Assembly (NCBI GenBank): GCA_905178155.1
Contig: CAJINV010000018.1
Span: 192,479-256,478 of the forward strand
Direction: 5' to 3'
DNA length: 64,000 nt
DNA from: Amoebophrya sp. A120
Lineage: Eukaryota > Protista > Dinoflagellata
The translations under genes were made by a program, and so were the position numbers. The notes under the pieces were generated by a model. The model saw only the letters and a list, made by a program, of their open reading frames with translations. It did no database searches and was not told the DNA's origin. How positions within the stretch are numbered: position 1 is the stretch's first letter; every line of letters starts with the position of its first letter. Positions 63,901 to 64,000 of the stretch are shown here, one piece after another.

Positions 63901-63904
63901 GATG
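1..63904 (-). CDS. Giant multi-exon hypothetical protein (86 exons, ~10,900 aa in window, partial at both ends)
   Basis: Long minus-strand ORF pieces lie between TIR elements. Deleting element plus one 5-bp DR joins them in frame at ~34 hand-translated junctions (e.g. EKHQK|QICSE at 976-1248, PASV|EDLKP across 39485-47369). No intergenic gap seen. Not all junctions were checked. Confidence 0.8.
976..1248. mobile_element. Introner, TIR family A (TATnnnnTGCAAAnATGTCTGGGTCTGGAA)
   Basis: TIRs; DR gcttt/gcttc; frame restored. Confidence 0.9.
1596..1864. mobile_element. Degenerate introner (left end eroded)
   Basis: AT-rich break ending ttttttgtGATA; DR cccgg/cccga; join QNR|VGMRD in frame; left boundary uncertain. 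Confidence 0.6.
1865..2853 (-). CDS. Exon of giant gene
   Basis: ORF 1839..2849 core; both junctions in frame. Confidence 0.85.
2854..3222. mobile_element. Introner family A, degenerate
   Basis: Decayed TIRs (ctgggtctggaag / cagacccaga); DR ccgcg/cggcg; frame restored. Confidence 0.8.
3223..4690 (-). CDS. Exon of giant gene (coiled-coil, Gly-rich hydrophobic stretch)
   Basis: ORF 3134..4777 core. Confidence 0.85.
4691..4896. mobile_element. Degenerate introner
   Basis: TATGCATATGAAA...CACATTTGATA; DR unmatched (tcttt/atgcg) but element+5 nt restores frame. Confidence 0.7.
4897..5571 (-). CDS. Exon of giant gene
   Basis: ORF 4881..5570. Confidence 0.85.
5572..5845. mobile_element. Introner family A
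   Basis: TIRs; DR ccatg. Confidence 0.9.
5921..6076. mobile_element. Introner family G (TATnnnnTGCAAAAGTATCGTACT)
   Basis: TIRs; DR cccgc/cccac. Confidence 0.9.
6077..7548 (-). CDS. Exon of giant gene
   Basis: ORF 5966..7657 core. Confidence 0.85.
7549..7880. mobile_element. Introner family A, diverged
   Basis: TIRs; DR tgcga/ctcga; frame restored. Confidence 0.85.
8201..8464. mobile_element. Introner family A
   Basis: TIRs; DR gtcgg/gtcga. Confidence 0.9.
8580..8867. mobile_element. Introner family C (TATCCTGAGTAAAAACGTCCCCAC)
   Basis: TIRs; DR tcaga. Confidence 0.9.
8868..11750 (-). CDS. Exon of giant gene (2.9 kb)
   Basis: ORF 8860..11757. Confidence 0.9.
11751..12083. mobile_element. 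Introner family A, diverged
   Basis: TIRs; DR cacga/cacaa. Confidence 0.85.
12290..12454. mobile_element. Introner family D (TATCCCACAGAAAAAAGCA)
   Basis: TIRs; DR gctgg. Confidence 0.9.
12455..15265 (-). CDS. Exon of giant gene (2.8 kb)
   Basis: ORF 12377..15271. Confidence 0.9.
15266..15579. mobile_element. Introner family C, diverged
   Basis: TAT..AAAAACG / CGTTTTT..GATA; DR tgttc/tcctc; frame restored. Confidence 0.85.
15580..16282 (-). CDS. Exon of giant gene
   Basis: ORF 15486..16238 extended to junction. Confidence 0.85.
16283..16535. mobile_element. Introner family A
   Basis: TIRs; DR cttgg. Confidence 0.9.
16536..17261 (-). CDS. Exon of giant gene
   Basis: ORF 16467..17441 core. 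Confidence 0.85.
17262..17524. mobile_element. Introner family A
   Basis: TIRs; DR tcttc. Confidence 0.9.
17525..18291 (-). CDS. Exon of giant gene (Q/E/K-rich coiled coil)
   Basis: ORF 17389..18414 core. Confidence 0.85.
18292..18543. mobile_element. Introner family A
   Basis: TIRs; DR ccgcc. Confidence 0.9.
18797..19061. mobile_element. Introner family A
   Basis: TIRs; DR ggcgt/cgcgt. Confidence 0.9.
19174..19456. mobile_element. Introner family C
   Basis: TIRs; DR cgatg. Confidence 0.9.
19457..22134 (-). CDS. Exon of giant gene (2.7 kb, Gly-rich stretches)
   Basis: ORF 19410..22115. Confidence 0.9.
22135..22456. mobile_element. Introner family B (TATCAAAAGGAAAAATCCCCCCTCCCCATA)
   Basis: TIRs; DR aagac. 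Confidence 0.9.
22579..22835. mobile_element. Introner family A
   Basis: TIRs; DR aggtc. Confidence 0.9.
22836..23867 (-). CDS. Exon of giant gene
   Basis: ORF 22783..23913 core. Confidence 0.85.
23868..24129. mobile_element. Introner family A
   Basis: TIRs; DR accgt. Confidence 0.92.
24183..24332. mobile_element. Introner family G
   Basis: TIRs; DR poorly matched (tcttc/tgccc); element+5 nt restores frame. Confidence 0.88.
24496..24777. mobile_element. Introner family C
   Basis: TIRs; DR cgacg/cgatg. Confidence 0.9.
24824..25128. mobile_element. Introner family F (TATTACAGTGAAAAnTGCCCCCACCCC)
   Basis: TIRs; DR acatc. Confidence 0.9.
25370..25646. mobile_element. Introner family A
   Basis: TIRs; DR tgttg. 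Confidence 0.9.
25781..25930. mobile_element. Introner family G
   Basis: TIRs; DR gaacg. Confidence 0.9.
25931..27358 (-). CDS. Exon of giant gene
   Basis: ORF 25751..27364 core. Confidence 0.85.
27359..27623. mobile_element. Introner family A
   Basis: TIRs; DR gcttc. Confidence 0.92.
27732..28046. mobile_element. Introner family B
   Basis: TIRs; DR tggta/aggca. Confidence 0.88.
28326..28588. mobile_element. Introner family A
   Basis: TIRs; DR gattc. Confidence 0.9.
28711..28898. mobile_element. Introner family D
   Basis: TIRs (left end GAT); DR actac. Confidence 0.9.
29022..29296. mobile_element. Introner family A
   Basis: TIRs; DR gaatc/gcatc. Confidence 0.9.
29297..30217 (-). CDS. 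Exon of giant gene
   Basis: ORF 29206..30210. Confidence 0.85.
30218..30544. mobile_element. Introner family B
   Basis: TIRs; DR tggtt/cggtt. Confidence 0.9.
30602..30863. mobile_element. Introner family A
   Basis: TIRs; DR gtggt. Confidence 0.9.
31006..31272. mobile_element. Introner family A
   Basis: TIRs; DR ccgtt/ccatt. Confidence 0.9.
31273..31813 (-). CDS. Exon of giant gene with likely transmembrane hairpin
   Basis: ORF 31226..31702: MWTVLTFIGIAVAFWFAPLTTIAALVIVALLM. Confidence 0.8.
31814..32036. mobile_element. Introner family E (TATCCAAGAAAAAAACTGTGTAAGTGTAA)
   Basis: TIRs; DR gtgcc. Confidence 0.9.
32222..32610. mobile_element. Introner family A with internal insertion
   Basis: TIRs; DR tcttt; ~135 bp longer than relatives. 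Confidence 0.9.
32370..32498 (+). mobile_element. Short retroposed insertion (SINE or truncated LINE-like) with (GAA)n tail
   Basis: 129 bp absent from sibling introners; flanked by atgaca duplication; ends aagaagaagaagaag. Confidence 0.55.
32611..33252 (-). CDS. Exon of giant gene
   Basis: ORF 32589..33248. Confidence 0.85.
33253..33559. mobile_element. Introner family F
   Basis: TIRs (left end CAT); DR agtgg. Confidence 0.9.
33768..34046. mobile_element. Introner family C
   Basis: TIRs; DR ggttc. Confidence 0.9.
34094..34264. mobile_element. Introner family D
   Basis: TIRs; DR aaggc. Confidence 0.9.
34712..34963. mobile_element. Introner family A
   Basis: TIRs; DR tgctc/tgccc. Confidence 0.9.
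34964..35544 (-). CDS. Exon of giant gene
   Basis: ORF 34794..35468 extended to junction. Confidence 0.8.
35545..35813. mobile_element. Introner family A
   Basis: TIRs; DR tgcgg. Confidence 0.9.
35814..36321 (-). CDS. Exon of giant gene
   Basis: ORF 35746..36378 core. Confidence 0.8.
36322..36552. mobile_element. Introner family E
   Basis: TIRs; DR tcctc. Confidence 0.9.
36617..37665. mobile_element. Introner family D carrying a Helitron
   Basis: TIRs; DR ctcct/atcct; family-D interior resumes at 37519. Confidence 0.88.
36645..37518 (+). mobile_element. Non-autonomous Helitron
   Basis: Inserted at A|T with no TSD; 5' TTACTATCTATTATATT; 3' hairpin GCTCCGGC-gtta-GCCGGAGC (37491-37510) then CTGG; internal GAGAGG/CCCTCTCGCG repeats. 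Confidence 0.75.
37843..38096. mobile_element. Introner family A
   Basis: TIRs; DR gacat. Confidence 0.9.
38190..38509. mobile_element. Introner family B
   Basis: TIRs; DR gcgtt. Confidence 0.9.
38812..39061. mobile_element. Introner family A
   Basis: TIRs; DR tgaaa. Confidence 0.92.
39161..39424. mobile_element. Introner family A
   Basis: TIRs; DR cgccg. Confidence 0.9.
40103..40137. repeat. Perfect palindrome, 17-bp arms
   Basis: cagaagcaaactgcatt-t-aatgcagtttgcttctg. Confidence 0.9.
40194..40282. repeat. Long imperfect palindrome interrupted by copia
   Basis: Centred on ACAATTGT (40237-40244); right arm continues as cgca after the 3' TSD at 46399. Confidence 0.85.
40283..40583 (+). 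repeat. 5' LTR (301 bp)
   Basis: TGTAGGTG...CTAACA, identical by eye to 46093-46393. Confidence 0.97.
41062..45738 (+). CDS. Copia Gag-Pol polyprotein
   Basis: Zn knuckle CWTCGGNHKKSDC; protease LDSGASDH; LWHERFAH..CxxC; integrase DFVGP/RADNAPEF/PQQNGKVER; RT YKCRLVALG/QFDVTNAF/KSLYGLR/IFVDD; RNase H FSDSDFAG/STCEAEY/KHIELRFH. Frame open from 40759; start codon uncertain. Confidence 0.95.
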   Translation: MAQFKMELPTFNGKDAGQFSSWLYKMSLILNCYGEDVVEYVNNTALGIATNVQLTAEQVEKLNQLAAHVVTKLDGEPLQLVTTEHATDLPNILRVLVGKYRSQVASSRFSALTQLLTSSKKTDESVEGYYARKSNYLRNDLGGTITTNELLLFGIVGGLDDKSKKLVTPLLAMNASTLQIVGTLREQEAQDKAAPKQVTEHVLVTSKKEEQAQAQRIVDKAVAMIAKKFPNVRKQDEKGSQLKCWTCGGNHKKSDCPKRKAGQNNKGNGKQGKDKKDYERNSLYLLHDSSSSSSVAAPSAVVCMAMAGTASACVSVLTVKSEGDRDSGGVLSLSGVLDSGASDHTCGERGAFEEISNEEVTMKVADRVLDVKARRGIFKGNTVGLRLGLYHPDIAGLLISVGRLEDDGRKIVFDGPKSGVLDKASGDWVGFGRVNRLPVLPVEFVENSSVVKVCVDQDTEKGLHCEPAAVCDKLSAEDTKLWHERFAHLSVHGVKCKHCDACAMMKGRVPGHQAARPEHLKAKEFADEVSWDFVGPFPVSFSGNKWSLNAVDELTSWPFCYPCKEKGEAGSKLELFCQTVKPPKRVRADNAPEFKGQNTKWRQVAAEQRPPTIVDYSAPYTPQQNGKVERWNQTSCNAVRCILHGVDLRCWDYAYRFVAYVFARVSRKGPKSSPYFKRHGREASTKHFRRFGCLAYAKQHVPGGKLDAKYVRGVFLGYGTENSTYLVGTWVQDNRCADGIRFSVIECRACAFDESITIGKIEDLQKFSKGTFVPYTLPDALGDSIFEEKSQVAPGESDPSPAGASDVPEGGGSVTEGKNTVETSDMLDDTPPEEQQEENLIDDEVAPEAIDLEAENQAGPEAPAEDDQPPVDPAPVGQDLPAAPQADSGNVVKKKRGRKPGTKAQPHWRKPGRKPKQVAAKAKAAPKRQPAGADLVQMLLAEVKLKNSSPEALKLTRKASGGAEEFSAKRRKESPSEDESGLTSSLQGAVLTVSAEDPDLQEAAASYCSALDEVSIEFQVMVTKKSAFSGPDATKWIEADTLERTRLEALKCWRPLREGEFDPATDEVIPAVCIYSRKRCGRYKCRLVALGNRQRQVFSHEVYSPTISGGANRFLLVEAAAQGHHLRQFDVTNAFIQAALTDERVIVRLPAHWSKSPKGDLVMLLKSLYGLRIAPRKWYDRFSKGLKSLGWVMCPREPGLFRKELPSGTITMAIFVDDSLMSGPCPKILDEEMSKVLKLFPGTIIAPEMDGDVETRDVLGMVVKYDRPKRWLKMSMEQAVSKLLKKFNMDDCKPAPSPCVAGDLREGGSAESFPLRSLVGGVQYIAHQTRPDIVFATQRVARGQEAPTTSAVKAGKRILAYLKGTKDQGLEYSPEIERQWRETYAEIAKNGGHELPDTVAFSDSDFAGCTATLRSTSGSILYHRGVPIAWSCKRQTVKALSTCEAEYVATFDTIKLSLGQGYLDWFLVDRSLPLTFVDNRSALDLAKSSLVTKRSKHIELRFHVVRDHSRDLCWVPTAANKADPLTKALPSAAYLRFFHPSQQDDGGSDSGSESESFA
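46082..46092 (+). other. Polypurine tract
   Basis: Purine-only run (ga, G-run, aa) directly before the 3' LTR. Confidence 0.9.
46093..46393 (+). repeat. 3' LTR (301 bp)
   Basis: Copy of 40283-40583 followed by TSD cttca. Confidence 0.97.
46902..47027. repeat. 12-bp tandem repeat in element J
   Basis: (ggcaccagcttc)n with variants. Confidence 0.85.
47531..47792. mobile_element. Introner family A
   Basis: TIRs; DR atcag. Confidence 0.9.
47793..48378 (-). CDS. Exon of giant gene
   Basis: ORF 47654..48361 core. Confidence 0.85.
48379..48663. mobile_element. Introner family C
   Basis: TIRs; DR cttcc. Confidence 0.9.
48712..48856. mobile_element. Introner family G
   Basis: TIRs; DR tcgtc. Confidence 0.9.
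48857..48879 (-). CDS. Micro-exon (23 bp including both DRs)
   Basis: Joins as NN|FSSESD|DTQRR in frame. Confidence 0.8.
48880..49219. mobile_element. Introner family A with internal triplication
   Basis: TIRs; DR aagtt. Confidence 0.9.
49282..49501. mobile_element. Introner family H (TATCGnnAGAAAAAAGTGTTACAG)
   Basis: TIRs; DR ttcgg/ttcgt. Confidence 0.88.
49553..49835. mobile_element. Introner family C
   Basis: TIRs; DR gcaaa. Confidence 0.9.
49973..50233. mobile_element. Introner family A
   Basis: TIRs; DR tcggg. Confidence 0.9.
50277..50485. mobile_element. Introner family E
   Basis: TIRs; DR gacgc. Confidence 0.9.
50623..50909. mobile_element. Introner family C
   Basis: TIRs; DR tagga. 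Confidence 0.9.
51170..51453. mobile_element. Introner family A
   Basis: TIRs; DR ccctg. Confidence 0.9.
51532..51807. mobile_element. Introner family A
   Basis: TIRs; DR cgtgc/cgtgg. Confidence 0.9.
52259..52519. mobile_element. Introner family A
   Basis: TIRs; DR cggat. Confidence 0.9.
52607..52916. mobile_element. Introner family F
   Basis: TIRs; DR ttttc. Confidence 0.88.
53141..53353. mobile_element. Introner family E
   Basis: TIRs; DR gcaag. Confidence 0.9.
53406..53658. mobile_element. Introner family A
   Basis: TIRs; DR tcgga. Confidence 0.9.
53659..54233 (-). CDS. Exon of giant gene
   Basis: ORF 53331..54257 core. Confidence 0.8.
54234..54521. mobile_element. Introner family C
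   Basis: TIRs; DR tcctg. Confidence 0.9.
54587..54902. mobile_element. Introner family F
   Basis: TIRs; DR atttg. Confidence 0.9.
55045..55365. mobile_element. Introner family B
   Basis: TIRs; DR cgggc. Confidence 0.9.
55450..55662. mobile_element. Introner family E
   Basis: TIRs; DR tcgtt. Confidence 0.9.
55883..56129. mobile_element. Introner family A
   Basis: TIRs; DR gccct/accct. Confidence 0.9.
56190..56482. mobile_element. Introner family B, left TIR internally deleted
   Basis: TATCAAAAGGAAAAAT not followed by the C-tract; DR gcgac. Confidence 0.88.
56564..56850. mobile_element. Introner family C
   Basis: TIRs (left end TGT); DR tgcct/tccct. Confidence 0.85.
56906..57123. mobile_element. 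Introner family H
   Basis: TIRs; DR tgctt. Confidence 0.9.
57330..57595. mobile_element. Introner family A
   Basis: TIRs; DR ggaag. Confidence 0.9.
57767..58038. mobile_element. Introner family A
   Basis: TIRs; DR ggacc/aaacc. Confidence 0.9.
58129..58387. mobile_element. Introner family A
   Basis: TIRs; DR ttcct. Confidence 0.9.
58647..58903. mobile_element. Introner family A
   Basis: TIRs (left end GAT); DR tccaa/tccac. Confidence 0.88.
58964..59226. mobile_element. Introner family A
   Basis: TIRs; DR caagt. Confidence 0.9.
59269..59419. mobile_element. Introner family G
   Basis: TIRs; DR tggtc. Confidence 0.9.
59735..59885. mobile_element. Introner family G
   Basis: TIRs; DR gttct/gctct. 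Confidence 0.9.
60232..60510. mobile_element. Introner family C
   Basis: TIRs; DR tggtt. Confidence 0.9.
60536..60797. mobile_element. Introner family A
   Basis: TIRs; DR cttgt/cttat. Confidence 0.9.
60849..61128. mobile_element. Introner family C
   Basis: TIRs; DR cttgt. Confidence 0.9.
61366..61675. mobile_element. Introner family F
   Basis: TIRs; DR tcatc. Confidence 0.9.
62042..62249. mobile_element. Introner family I (..AAAAAAnTGTTTCACTGTAA)
   Basis: TIRs (left end TGT); DR gagca. Confidence 0.88.
62324..62609. mobile_element. Introner family C
   Basis: TIRs; DR cagca. Confidence 0.9.
63040..63305. mobile_element. Introner family A
   Basis: TIRs; DR agtcg. Confidence 0.9.
63580..63832. 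mobile_element. Introner family A
   Basis: TIRs; DR ttcac/ttcgc. Confidence 0.9.
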
Positions 63905-64000
63905 TATCCCAGAGAAAAAAGCTAGCATGGCATATTTGTAATGCAAAAATAAACACACAAAGACAAAAAAATTTGTCATGGGCGGCCCCATAGCATCCTG
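63905..64000. mobile_element. Introner family D (truncated by window end)
   Basis: TATCCCAGAGAAAAAAGC start and family-D interior. Confidence 0.85.

Noticed and set aside
1-63904. Interpretation as many separate small genes or a transposon-riddled pseudogene
   Set aside because: ORF starts and stops fall inside the elements, exons are stop-free, and every junction tested joins in frame.
33-63991. Numerous plus-strand ORFs (e.g. 3545..4822, 8417..9535, 19563..20426)
   Set aside because: Antisense shadows of the GC-rich minus-strand exons, with no independent protein signal.
976-64000. Repeat-spacer appearance resembling a CRISPR array or integron cassettes
   Set aside because: Repeats are inverted pairs bounding 145-390 bp elements with 5-bp duplications. 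The spacers are in-frame exons of variable length. No cas or integrase gene is present.

Overview
Eukaryotic genomic DNA. The architecture matches what is described for the syndinean dinoflagellate parasite Amoebophrya, but that assignment is inference. The whole window lies inside one giant minus-strand protein-coding gene, open at both ends. By hand count it has about 33 kb of exon (about 10,900 aa) and no family I can recognise. It is interrupted by 86 short insertions, mostly 145-390 bp. Almost all have terminal inverted repeats (TIRs) and a 5-bp direct repeat (DR), i.e. MITE-like introners. They fall into at least 9 TIR families sharing the terminal grammar TAT-N7-AAA...TTT-N7-ATA and an internal TTGTNATGC motif. 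They sit in both orientations and lack fixed GT-AG ends. Removing element plus 5 nt restored the reading frame at every junction I translated (about 34). One introner (39485-47369) contains a 1.44-kb palindrome-rich TIR element of the same grammar, which itself contains an intact Ty1/copia retrotransposon with identical 301-bp LTRs. Two other introners carry a non-autonomous Helitron and a short (GAA)n-tailed retroposed insert. Exact splice positions within each DR cannot be fixed without transcripts, so exon coordinates include the DR copies.
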